Shown piece by piece: positions 46,000 to 55,242 of a stretch of DNA of 64,000 nt. Below the pieces are notes generated by a model that searched no databases, was not told where the DNA came from, and worked only from the letters and a program-made list of their open reading frames with translations. Each line of letters starts with the position of its first letter. The stretch's first letter is position 1. The stretch comes from Candidatus Poseidoniaceae archaeon (lineage in GTDB: Archaea; Thermoplasmatota; Poseidoniia; Poseidoniales; Poseidoniaceae), in the NCBI GenBank assembly GCA_030747695.1, contig JASLKG010000003.1:18300-82299 (forward strand). The letters run 5' to 3'. Both the position numbers and the translations under genes were made by a program.

Positions 46000-48924
46000 A
46001 TGGGAGGACTGCGAGCGGGGTTCATGGAACCCCGTCGAGAACACCTATTACGCAATCAGCGTCGTGCCAGTATTTTGTTGATATCGCTACTGTTGTTTTC
46101 ATTAATTCCAACGTTTACCGGCTCTGTTTTGGCAGATGATTCTGGAAGAGATGCAAATATCACTGTAACAGTCACCCCATCAGCTCAAACAGTTAATCCT
46201 GGTGAAACAGCAGAATATACAATCAGAGTTCGAAATATGGGTTCAAATCCGGTTTCAGTGAATATCGGTTCTAGTAATGAACAAGATTGTACTGGCTATT
46301 CTGTAGCAAATGGGCAAATAAGTCAGCCAATAGATTCTGGTGCATATGAGGAAACATTCCTAAATGTGACTCTTGCACAAAACGCTGAAGGTGATTGTGA
46401 GACTACAGTTACTGTAAATGCAAATGAGCAACCAGAGCCTCCTGAACAACCCGGAGCGCCGGCTCAAGAACAAAAAACAGTGCTTACTACTGCAGGAGAT
46501 GGTGCAGGTTCCGCAGTCTTCGGTGTTGATTTGATATTAGAAACACCGCATAAGAATTGGAATGGCGAATCAACTATTGAATGGGAAGTAGAAGTAGAAA
46601 ATACAGGGCGAGTCCAAGAAACAGTAGATTTGACAATTGACCCAGCATCAGGATCCGGATGTAAGCAAGATGGTTCATTGTCGATTAGTGTAGATCCTTC
46701 TCAAGTCCAAATTGATAATGGGTCCTCTGAATGGGTTACAATAACTTTAGAAGTTCCAGAAGGCCAATCTAGCGATAAATACTGCTGGGAAATAACAGGA
46801 GTTGTTAGTAATGATCAGAATCCAAACGGCAGTGCCAGCGATACAGAGCCATTCGATCTAAACGTTCCAGAATTAAAGGAATGTACGTTAGATCTATCCA
46901 AAACATCTCTGAATGTAGAGCCCGGAGAGACTGGAACACTGACTGCTACCTTTTCGAATGAAGGAAATACTGATTGGAATATCAATGTTAATTTCGGCGG
47001 CAGTCACGCGTCATGGGCTAGCGTTGATGGAGCATCGAGTGGAATGCTTCCTTACAGTAGTGGAAATGGCGAAAAAGAATTTACAATTGAAGTCAGCCCA
47101 GACGATTCAATCGAAGCAAATTCTCAAAAGACTATAACAATCAATGGAAGAGATGGTTCAGCTACCAAGTGTAGTTCCGATTTATCTGTTACAGTAGGAC
47201 AATCTTATGGCGCAACAATGTCATTAGGTAATGCAGCACTATACAACATAGAACCGGGAAGTAATGGCTCAACAACATTGACAGTAACTAATCAAGGAAA
47301 TGGACCTGATACTTTCCGAGTTGCCGCTTCCTCTCCTCCTTCAGGGTGGACAGTATCTCTAGAATCATCTACAATTTCTACGCAATCACGCCATTCTTCT
47401 GAAAAGAGTGGGGCAATCGATGTAGATATCTCACTGCCAGAAGATGCTCTAGCGACAGAAGAAATTGAGATTACATTTTCAGTATTGCCAAATGGCGGTG
47501 GTGCAGCATATGCAACACAAACTCTACGCGTGACAGTCAAAGCAATCCATGCTATGAGTGGTGGCGCACCTGCAGATGACCAAACCGGACGATCTGACAC
47601 TACTGTACAATTTCCAATTACAATCCAGAATGATGGTAACACATTGGACAGATTTAGATTTTCAGTAATATCTCAAACAGCACAACCTGGGTGGGGTAAG
47701 CACTTTGAATCCGCAGATGGTACAGTGATTACTGAACTTGACATTGATGCAAGGACCTCAGAGATTGTCTATCTTGTAGTTTCTATTGATGGTGAAGAAG
47801 AGTTAGAATCATCCAGATTAACAGTCCGTGTTACAAATCTAGGAGATAACAATAATGCTGATGAAGATGGCAATAATGTTCCTGACAACCAATTAGAATT
47901 TATTTTCAGAGCAATATTGTCAGACCGCGATTTTGCAATGGATGCTTTAATCATGCACTCTCCAAGTGAATTTTCTAGAGATGCTTTGTTAATACTCCCT
48001 CCTGGCGGCACATATAGCTACGATCTCAAAATTATGAATACGGGAGATATGACTGATGAAGCACTATTTGATTTCACAGGATTATCCGGCACAGCAACTA
48101 GAACGATATATTTCCAAGGTTTGCCAGTCGATGGAACAATTTCGGTACCAAAAGGCTGGGGGGCATACAATGTGTCTACAGGTCAATTTTACTATGATGG
48201 CGACTCACCAATGATTGCAAGTAATAATGATAGTTTATTTGAAAAGATGATTGAAAAGGGTATACAAGATGATTACATTGGAATGCAATATTTTGCAATA
48301 GTAACTCTCGAGATTGAAGTATCTAGTGGTGCAGATAATGGTGATGGAGGACTATTGGAGGTAGTAGTAACTTCAGTGTCTAATGCAGCAAATAGAAGCG
48401 GTAAAATTTCAATTTCAATAGCTGTACAAACCGTTTTATCATTAGAAATGGGCCTTGATGGAGATGTTGAAAGAGATGTTACACTGGGCTCACTATTAGG
48501 CTCAACAACTCGCTTCAAGGTTGGTATAACTAATACTGGTAACGTCGATACTGAGATTATGGTCTTCTCTAGTGGAGGAATGCGAGGTTGGAATGTAATT
48601 CTCACTTATGGATCTGCAGATTGTGATAACAATGGTGATCATTTAATCTGTAATTTAGAAGAAGGAGAAACAATTGAAATTACAGTAAAGGTTACACCAC
48701 CAGGTGGAAAGGCGGCAGAAGTTGAAGACTCCTTCACATTTACAGTTTCAGTTGAACCAACAGATGTTGGTTTAGTTGGAAGGGAGAATTTGGAACTAAC
48801 AGTAAATGGTATGCCAGAGCAATTTGGATTTAATTCTTTGATGTCTCCAAATGTTCTATTCGGTATGGCAGGAATCATTTTGTTAGGCGTTCTCTTTTTG
48901 GTATTGAGGCGCAACCCACGTTGA
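46000..48924 (+). CDS. Envelope protein built from at least 7 CARDB/NEW3-like beta-sandwich modules, with a C-terminal TM anchor
   Basis: Signal-like RRASILLISLLLFSLIPTFTG. Recurrent modules such as VTVTPSAQTVNPGETAEYTIRVRNMGSNP. C-terminal LFGMAGIILLGVLFLVLRRNPR. Confidence 0.75.
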   Translation: MGGLRAGFMEPRREHLLRNQRRASILLISLLLFSLIPTFTGSVLADDSGRDANITVTVTPSAQTVNPGETAEYTIRVRNMGSNPVSVNIGSSNEQDCTGYSVANGQISQPIDSGAYEETFLNVTLAQNAEGDCETTVTVNANEQPEPPEQPGAPAQEQKTVLTTAGDGAGSAVFGVDLILETPHKNWNGESTIEWEVEVENTGRVQETVDLTIDPASGSGCKQDGSLSISVDPSQVQIDNGSSEWVTITLEVPEGQSSDKYCWEITGVVSNDQNPNGSASDTEPFDLNVPELKECTLDLSKTSLNVEPGETGTLTATFSNEGNTDWNINVNFGGSHASWASVDGASSGMLPYSSGNGEKEFTIEVSPDDSIEANSQKTITINGRDGSATKCSSDLSVTVGQSYGATMSLGNAALYNIEPGSNGSTTLTVTNQGNGPDTFRVAASSPPSGWTVSLESSTISTQSRHSSEKSGAIDVDISLPEDALATEEIEITFSVLPNGGGAAYATQTLRVTVKAIHAMSGGAPADDQTGRSDTTVQFPITIQNDGNTLDRFRFSVISQTAQPGWGKHFESADGTVITELDIDARTSEIVYLVVSIDGEEELESSRLTVRVTNLGDNNNADEDGNNVPDNQLEFIFRAILSDRDFAMDALIMHSPSEFSRDALLILPPGGTYSYDLKIMNTGDMTDEALFDFTGLSGTATRTIYFQGLPVDGTISVPKGWGAYNVSTGQFYYDGDSPMIASNNDSLFEKMIEKGIQDDYIGMQYFAIVTLEIEVSSGADNGDGGLLEVVVTSVSNAANRSGKISISIAVQTVLSLEMGLDGDVERDVTLGSLLGSTTRFKVGITNTGNVDTEIMVFSSGGMRGWNVILTYGSADCDNNGDHLICNLEEGETIEITVKVTPPGGKAAEVEDSFTFTVSVEPTDVGLVGRENLELTVNGMPEQFGFNSLMSPNVLFGMAGIILLGVLFLVLRRNPR

Positions 48925-48941
48925 GTTATTTTGCTGCTAAT

Positions 48942-48956
48942 GACCCCGAAGGGGTC
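48942..48956 (+). terminator. GC hairpin GACCCC-GAA-GGGGTC 18 nt after the operon's last stop
   Basis: Perfect 6-bp stem. No following T-run, so terminator function is uncertain in an archaeon. Confidence 0.25.
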
Positions 48957-49055
48957 AATCGTATGGCCTAGTTGCGCGCGTACGCGTGAGACAACGCTTA
49001 TGGATGGACTACTAGTCCCGCAGTTTAGAGAGCGTCTATTCTCGGTGGTGACTCG

Positions 49056-49517
49056 ATGTCTGTGACAGGTTCTTATCTCTCAATGGCATTACTCACATTA
49101 ATTGGAATAGGTGTTCCACTTGGCGCTTTCGTCACTCAATATTTCTTGATGCCAAAAGTAGATCCAAGCAGGCCTCACATGACAAAATCTTACATCATGC
49201 CAGGCTACGAATCGGATCACAGTTTGTATCCTCGCCGACTGTCAACTTACGAATGTGGTTCCGAACCAGTAGGGGAGGCGATGATACAATTCCATTTCCA
49301 GTATTATTGGTATGCAATTATTTTCTTAGTATTCGATGTCGCATTCATGTTTTTGGCATTAGGTGGAATACTTGCAATGGATGCTACAGGGACCTCTCCT
49401 GAATTTTCTTCAATGAAATCAATAGAAGGAGATTTAGTTGTGCTGCTTATTTTCTTTGCTACAATGGTTATGGGCGTTTGGCATGTATTTAGGAAGAGAG
49501 GCCGGATTTACATTTGA
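49056..49517 (+). CDS. nuoA: NADH-quinone oxidoreductase subunit A
   Basis: YECGSEPVGEA...FQYYWYAIIFLVFDV. The loop before the YECG motif is longer than usual. Confidence 0.88.
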   Translation: MSVTGSYLSMALLTLIGIGVPLGAFVTQYFLMPKVDPSRPHMTKSYIMPGYESDHSLYPRRLSTYECGSEPVGEAMIQFHFQYYWYAIIFLVFDVAFMFLALGGILAMDATGTSPEFSSMKSIEGDLVVLLIFFATMVMGVWHVFRKRGRIYI

Positions 49518-49526
49518 GGTGAATAT

Positions 49527-50123
49527 ATGACTGACACAACAGGAGAAAACTATACTGCTTTCAATAGCCGTGCTCTTGTTGAAGTTGTTGGTGATGTAAC
49601 CGATGAAGCACTTAAGGCAACCAAAATAAAACAATTACTTGGGGTATTAGCAGGTCGATTTTTCAATTGGGCTGGACGTAAATCGCTATTCACACTTCAT
49701 CTTGGAATAAAGTGTTGCGCCATAGAAATGGCTGCTTCAGCAACCCCCCGTTTTGATGGCGATAGATTCGGAGTATTGTTCCGTTCTAGCCCTAGACAAA
49801 GCGATGTTTTACTGGTAAATGGACCAGTGTCGAAAAAATTTGCAGACCCTATTGTAAGATTATGGGAGCAGATGCCAGAGCCAAAATATTGCATAGCAAT
49901 GGGGGAATGCGCAATTTCAGGAGGACCTTATTACCAATCCTACAACATACTGGAAGGAGTAGATACTGTAATCCCCGTTGATGTTTACATACCAGGGTGC
50001 CCACCACGTCCAGAAGCTTTAATCGATGGCTTTGGAAAATTGCGTGAGAAAATCATACGCATAGGTGGAGCGCCATCTACAGGACGTGATGGCGACAAAC
50101 CAATTATCATTGGAGATGAGTGA
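49527..50123 (+). CDS. nuoB: NADH-quinone oxidoreductase subunit B
   Basis: GIKCCAIEM, GECAISGGPY and YIPGCPPRPEAL (N2 cluster ligands). Confidence 0.93.
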   Translation: MTDTTGENYTAFNSRALVEVVGDVTDEALKATKIKQLLGVLAGRFFNWAGRKSLFTLHLGIKCCAIEMAASATPRFDGDRFGVLFRSSPRQSDVLLVNGPVSKKFADPIVRLWEQMPEPKYCIAMGECAISGGPYYQSYNILEGVDTVIPVDVYIPGCPPRPEALIDGFGKLREKIIRIGGAPSTGRDGDKPIIIGDE

Positions 50124-50779
50124 TTATGGGAATGACAATCTCAAAAGAACAAAACACAACTGCTGTTAGTGCAGTTGTGAAATCACTTTCAGACAGGTTT
50201 GGAGATGCAGGAATAACTGCAGAAGCAATAGCACATAAATCGGGTAAATGTTTTGATTTTGTTAGAATTATTTGTTTGCCAGATCAGTGGAGAGCGGTGG
50301 CAAAATGGTTACACTCAGAAGCTAATGTAAACCATTGCTCAATGATTACAGGAACTCACTTCCCAGAAGGCACTACAGAACGTGGTTGGGAAGTTGCAAT
50401 TCATCTGCACAGATGGCCAATCGTTAATGTCGAACCACATACAATGACAGTTCATGATGCTAGTAAATTGTCCGGTAATGATGTACCATTGGAAATTGAA
50501 GTATTTGTCCCAATCCAATCTGGAGATTCACCTTCTATACCTTCAGTTCAGGACTTATGGGTAGGAGCAGATTGGAATGAGAAAGAAACTTGGGACCTAG
50601 TAGGGATTGATTTTGATGGACATATCAATATGCATAGAGTGCTAAATCCTCACGATTCACCAATCGGTTTCCATCCCCTTCAAAGACAACACAAAATTCG
50701 CTATCATGATTTCAATGAAATGTATGATGATCCACAAGGATTTGGCCGTAAACCAGTAGACGAGGGTCGTGTAAAGTGA
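50120..50779 (+). CDS. nuoC: NADH-quinone oxidoreductase subunit C
   Basis: Position in the operon plus ADWNEKETWDLVGIDFDGH and LRYHDF-type motifs. An alternative ATG start lies at 50126. Confidence 0.85.
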   Translation: MIMGMTISKEQNTTAVSAVVKSLSDRFGDAGITAEAIAHKSGKCFDFVRIICLPDQWRAVAKWLHSEANVNHCSMITGTHFPEGTTERGWEVAIHLHRWPIVNVEPHTMTVHDASKLSGNDVPLEIEVFVPIQSGDSPSIPSVQDLWVGADWNEKETWDLVGIDFDGHINMHRVLNPHDSPIGFHPLQRQHKIRYHDFNEMYDDPQGFGRKPVDEGRVK

Positions 50780-50788
50780 GGTGTTAAG

Positions 50789-51928
50789 ATGGCGGAAATG
50801 TGGATTACAATGGGCCCTCAGCATCCTATGACTCATGGACTTTGGACATTGAGAGTAAAGGTAGATGGTGAGACAGTTACCGATACAGAAGCTGAGTTAG
50901 GATATATCCATCGAGGCGTCGAGAAGATTTGTGAATCAAGAGATTTTACACAAATCACACCATATTGTGATCGTTTGTGCTATGTTAGTGCAATGACATG
51001 GGCACATGCGTATATCATGGCTGCAGAGGATTTGCTTGAAGCCGAAGTACCGGAAAGAGCAGAATACATCCGTTTAATGGCTGCAGAGTTACAAAGAATC
51101 GCTAGCCACTTGATGTGGCTAGGCGCCTTTGGCCCAGATATTGGTAATCTAACTTTAATGACATGGTGTTTGAGAGATAGGGAAATGTTCCTTGATTTAT
51201 TACAGGAGTTAGGAGGCTCTCGTATGCACTATAATTATCCTAGAGTTGGAGGAGTAAAGCGAGATATTCCAATTGGATGGGCTGACAGACTGAAGGCCAA
51301 AGTCAAACTCTTTGAACATAGAATAAATGAATATGAGATGTTATTGGACGAATCAACGATTTGGTTAGTACGCCTGCAGGGAGTCGGATATGCAACTGCA
51401 GAAGATCAACTAAATGCGGGAGTCACTGGTCCAAATATACGCGCAGCAGGCGTGAATACTGATGTACGTTGGACAAACCCATATTCAGTTTATGATCAAG
51501 TAGACTGGGAGCCTGCTGTGGAAAAACCAACTAGCGTTAAGGGTGCAGATTGTTATGATCGATACCGAGTCCGCATGGAAGAAATGCGTCAATCTTGTAG
51601 AATGCTTTTGGACGCAATTGGGAAGATACCAGGAGGCCACAATACTCATTATAGCCCCGGTGATGAAATGATCCAATCCAAAGCACCAACGCGTGCACCT
51701 GAAGGAGCAACGGGCACTTCTACTTACGAATGTACTAGAGGAGTTAGCCAATTTTATGTTCAAGGAGGCGGAGATGGGCGTGGCAAGTATCCTTACCGAC
51801 TTTCAATTCGTTCTCCAATGTTTATTACAATTCCATATGTTGCAAAGACAATGATTGGATACAAGGTCGCAGATATACCTGCAATAATGGGAAGTTTCGA
51901 CCCTTGTATAGGGGAGACAGATAGGTGA
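50789..51928 (+). CDS. nuoD: NADH-quinone oxidoreductase subunit D
   Basis: MGPQHPMTHG, GYIHRGVEK, DRLCYVSAM and the C-terminal DPCIGETDR. Confidence 0.93.
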   Translation: MAEMWITMGPQHPMTHGLWTLRVKVDGETVTDTEAELGYIHRGVEKICESRDFTQITPYCDRLCYVSAMTWAHAYIMAAEDLLEAEVPERAEYIRLMAAELQRIASHLMWLGAFGPDIGNLTLMTWCLRDREMFLDLLQELGGSRMHYNYPRVGGVKRDIPIGWADRLKAKVKLFEHRINEYEMLLDESTIWLVRLQGVGYATAEDQLNAGVTGPNIRAAGVNTDVRWTNPYSVYDQVDWEPAVEKPTSVKGADCYDRYRVRMEEMRQSCRMLLDAIGKIPGGHNTHYSPGDEMIQSKAPTRAPEGATGTSTYECTRGVSQFYVQGGGDGRGKYPYRLSIRSPMFITIPYVAKTMIGYKVADIPAIMGSFDPCIGETDR

Positions 51929-51937
51929 GGTGATTTC

Positions 51938-53419
51938 ATGGACGATTGGTTAAATATTCATGATTGGTTATTTGATGGTTTAGATTCAATGTTAGTTTCA
52001 GCCACCGAGGATACATTTTTGGAATCTTCAGGATCAGACATAGCATTTTTCATAGCTACCTTGTTAACTTGTTTGATAACATTTGTAGGGATTATGGCTT
52101 CGATGTTCATGATTCTCTGGATTGAAAGAAAATTCTATGCCCGTGTCAATGATCGTAGGGGAGCAACTACAGCATTACGTTCTTTGTGGGTAGGTGAGAA
52201 TGGAGTTACTGCTGGCGAGTGGTGGAATCTTATTCCGTATGGTTTGGGTAAACCAATAGGTGCTTTGAATGGATGGCTGAATAAAGTTGCAGGAAATAGC
52301 GGGCATGAACAAGAAATGGTAAACCGTGTTGGAAACAGATCTTGGTATGGAGTGACAATTTTCCCTGGTTTCTTCCAGAATCTCGCCGACGGAATGAAAT
52401 TTTTGATTAAGGAACACATGGTTCCAAATAGAGCAGATAAAGTAATATTCGAATTAGCCCCATTTTTGGTAATTTCATCTACGGTAATGATACTCGGAAT
52501 GATTCCACTTTCAAGTGGAATTTATGGTGCCAACCCCGAACTATCGGTATTGTTCGCCTTTGCAATATTTGGAATCGCACCACTTGGAGTTTTCTTCGCT
52601 GGTTGGTCTTCAAACAACAAGTATACCTTACTTGGAGGAATTAGAAGTGCAGCACAATTAACGGCATATGAAATTCCATTACTACTTTCGATACTTTCAG
52701 TTTGTATAATGGCAGGCTCTTTCAATTTCCTTGAGATAATTAATTTCCAACATGAATCAGGTACATGGTTGTTATTTTTGATGCCTTTAGGAGCAGTCCT
52801 CTATCTTGTAAGTATGATTGCAGAAGTTGAGAGAATTCCATTCGATATGCCAGAAGCCGAAGCTGAACTAGTTGAAGGATGGTGGACTGAATATGGCGGA
52901 ATGAGATTCGGCCTACTTTTCGCTGCAGAATACATGAGAGTGTATGCAGCAAGTATTCTGTTTGCACACTTCTTCTTAGGAGGCTGGCATTCGCCATTTG
53001 CTGGATTAATTCCCGGAGGTCCACTAATTCCAGGAATAATATGGACTCTACTGAAAGCTTGGCTTATTTTTACGGTAGTATTTGTTTGGGCACGCACAGC
53101 ACTTCCAAGAATTAGAACAGACCAAATCCTCGAATTTGGATGGAGAATGCTCTTGCCGCTATCTGTGTTACAAGTCGGCCTTTCAATTATTTACAGATTA
53201 TACCTCTTTGATGCATCCGCAGTTACGGACAGCAATTCCGGAGGATGGGCATGGGATGCAGGATTATTCCCGTGGGCAGTTCCAGTAATTACTACAGTAT
53301 TTTGGGTAATGGTATTCATAGTAATGATGAAGGACGAAAACATCGAAGAAAACGAAGAAAGAATGTTCCATGTTAGAACAATGACGCCAGCGGGAACGCA
53401 TACGGCAGGAAAGGAGTGA
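51938..53419 (+). CDS. nuoH: NADH-quinone oxidoreductase subunit H, with N- and C-terminal extensions and a loop insertion
   Basis: WIERKFYARVNDRRG...FFQNLADGMKFLIKE, PFDMPEAEAELVEGWWTEYGGMRF. 493 aa versus roughly 330-350 typical (recalled). Confidence 0.88.
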   Translation: MDDWLNIHDWLFDGLDSMLVSATEDTFLESSGSDIAFFIATLLTCLITFVGIMASMFMILWIERKFYARVNDRRGATTALRSLWVGENGVTAGEWWNLIPYGLGKPIGALNGWLNKVAGNSGHEQEMVNRVGNRSWYGVTIFPGFFQNLADGMKFLIKEHMVPNRADKVIFELAPFLVISSTVMILGMIPLSSGIYGANPELSVLFAFAIFGIAPLGVFFAGWSSNNKYTLLGGIRSAAQLTAYEIPLLLSILSVCIMAGSFNFLEIINFQHESGTWLLFLMPLGAVLYLVSMIAEVERIPFDMPEAEAELVEGWWTEYGGMRFGLLFAAEYMRVYAASILFAHFFLGGWHSPFAGLIPGGPLIPGIIWTLLKAWLIFTVVFVWARTALPRIRTDQILEFGWRMLLPLSVLQVGLSIIYRLYLFDASAVTDSNSGGWAWDAGLFPWAVPVITTVFWVMVFIVMMKDENIEENEERMFHVRTMTPAGTHTAGKE

Positions 53420-53428
53420 GGTGAAAAT

Positions 53429-54388
53429 ATGGCATCACATCCACACGGTAAACCAAATTTTAGAAACTTATTCTGGTATCCATTTAAGATTACAGGATTA
53501 ACTGTATTGAGAACATATTCATTGTTTGGCAAATATTTCGATTCAGGATATCATAACACTCTCGCACCAGAGATTGTTGATGATACGGCAATAACGCGTG
53601 CAAAGAAAACAAAACATCTCAATGATATTACTGCTCATCAATATACTCCTGACAGGGCAGGAACTGATCTAACTCCTACAATCTGGAAGCCTCAAACTTT
53701 GAACTATCCTTATGAACGTCTAGAAGAGATTGAACCATGGCTATTCGTTCCTGGAAATTACAATGGCAGGATTGGTATCATCTGGGAAACATGTACTGCC
53801 TGTAAGATGTGTGTCACTATTTGTCCAAATGCATGTTTACATATGACTACCGAATTGAGAGTTGATGTTCTAGAAAATGCTGAAGGAGAATGGTCTGGCT
53901 ACGGTTCTGAAATAGAAGTTGGAAAGTATGCAGCAATTGAAAAACCCGAAGTCATGGAAACATTAGACTCTTTCAATTTAGCAACAGCTCACCAAGATGC
54001 TCCCCAAGAATGGAAATTTGGAGAAGTTCTTGATTTGTCCGGCGACTCTGTGAGAATGCGTTGGAATGATAGTAGTGAAGAAGAGGTTGTAGCATTATCC
54101 GAAGTATACCCTGCAGATGACCAAATTGTATCTGGAAGGATAGATCTTGGAAGATGCATGTTCTGTGGTCTTTGCATGGAAGCATGTAACTTCACATCAT
54201 TTTTTATGACAAACGAATATGACGGTATGTCCGGATTTACACGTCAAGATTTATGGTTCGATGCGGGAAGAACACGAGTACTTCCTGGTGTACATCAAGA
54301 AGCGGTAGATGCTGAACTTGCTAAACGCGCGATTAAGGAGCGAGATAAGAGGGCAAAAAAGGCAGCTAAAGCAGCAGGGGAGGCTTGA
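53429..54388 (+). CDS. nuoI: NADH-quinone oxidoreductase subunit I (2x[4Fe-4S]), with a long N-extension and a ~105-aa insertion between the cluster motifs
   Basis: CTACKMCVTICP and CMFCGLCMEAC. 319 aa versus roughly 150-180 typical (recalled). Confidence 0.85.
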   Translation: MASHPHGKPNFRNLFWYPFKITGLTVLRTYSLFGKYFDSGYHNTLAPEIVDDTAITRAKKTKHLNDITAHQYTPDRAGTDLTPTIWKPQTLNYPYERLEEIEPWLFVPGNYNGRIGIIWETCTACKMCVTICPNACLHMTTELRVDVLENAEGEWSGYGSEIEVGKYAAIEKPEVMETLDSFNLATAHQDAPQEWKFGEVLDLSGDSVRMRWNDSSEEEVVALSEVYPADDQIVSGRIDLGRCMFCGLCMEACNFTSFFMTNEYDGMSGFTRQDLWFDAGRTRVLPGVHQEAVDAELAKRAIKERDKRAKKAAKAAGEA

Positions 54389-54390
54389 AT

Positions 54391-54666
54391 ATGGACGCAG
54401 CAACAATTACTGAATCTGTTGTATTTTTCATTATGAGCACTATAGTAATCGGTGGCGCATGGGGCTTAATTTACATGAAGCGAGTTGCACATTCGATGAT
54501 GTGTTTGATTTTCTGTTTCATCGGCGTTGCAGGAATATTCATATTATTAGGTGCAGAATTTTTGGCAATCATACAGATATTGGTTTACCTTGCAAGTGTC
54601 ATGTTAGTAGTTCTATTTGGCATTATGTTGACAAGACGTCAAATCCTAGAGGAGGACTTTGAATGA
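54391..54666 (+). CDS. nuoJ: NADH-quinone oxidoreductase subunit J, N-terminal part (split gene)
   Basis: Three TM helices (GAEFLAIIQILVYLASVMLVVLF). SD GGGGAGG. ATGA overlap with the next ORF. Confidence 0.8.
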   Translation: MDAATITESVVFFIMSTIVIGGAWGLIYMKRVAHSMMCLIFCFIGVAGIFILLGAEFLAIIQILVYLASVMLVVLFGIMLTRRQILEEDFE

Positions 54667-54938
54667 GATTACTTTCCTTCCTTGCAAGAGTAGGTTTAGC
54701 CTTATTTGGTGTAATCTTAATTGCAACAATATCGGCAGAAGAAGTTTGGGAAAATCCTTCTGACGAATCTATCCAAACAGGTGATTTAGCATCATCATTG
54801 TTTAATGAGTGGGCCTTGCCTCTATTGGCTCTTGGTTTTTTGATGGCAATGGCAATGGTAGGAGCAGCTTATCTAGTACGTGACGAGAGATTAGTGAATC
54901 TCAAGTGGGAATTAAACGGAGGTGAAAAGGATGATTGA
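54663..54938 (+). CDS. nuoJ: NADH-quinone oxidoreductase subunit J, C-terminal part (split gene)
   Basis: Two TM helices. Lies between the nuoJ N-part and nuoK. SD GGAGGA. Confidence 0.7.
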   Translation: MRLLSFLARVGLALFGVILIATISAEEVWENPSDESIQTGDLASSLFNEWALPLLALGFLMAMAMVGAAYLVRDERLVNLKWELNGGEKDD

Positions 54939-55233
54939 TCCATCTTGGGTTTCTGGATTAGCAGCCATCCTATTTACACTAGGGTTGTGGGGTGCATTCC
55001 ACAGAAAGAATGCAATTGTTGTTCTAATGTGCATTGAATTGATGCTCAATGCAGTAAATTTGCAATTCGTTGCTGCAGCAACTCATTGGGGCGATGTCAC
55101 TGGTTGGGTTTATGCAATATTTGCAGTAGCAATAGCAGCATCAGAAGTTGCAATCGGTTTAGCAATATTCCTTTCAATATATGGACAGCAGGAGACGATT
55201 TCTCTAGATGAAGTAAATCTTCTGAAACATTGA
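54931..55233 (+). CDS. nuoK: NADH-quinone oxidoreductase subunit K
   Basis: MCIELMLNAVNL...AIAASEVAIGLAI. SD GGAGGTGA at 54918-54925 favours the ATG at 54931. Confidence 0.9.
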   Translation: MIDPSWVSGLAAILFTLGLWGAFHRKNAIVVLMCIELMLNAVNLQFVAAATHWGDVTGWVYAIFAVAIAASEVAIGLAIFLSIYGQQETISLDEVNLLKH

Positions 55234-55242
55234 GGTGATGAA

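Noticed and set aside
46241-46258. A T-loop-like GGGTTCAAATCCGG, and a similar TTCGAATCC at 11461.
   Set aside because: Both lie inside well-supported coding sequences, and no flanking sequence forms acceptor, D or anticodon stems.
54459-54662. A 67-aa alternative-frame ORF within the nuoJ N-terminal part.
   Set aside because: It is an out-of-frame overlap with a clearly hydrophobic NuoJ segment. It has no SD and its composition is implausible.
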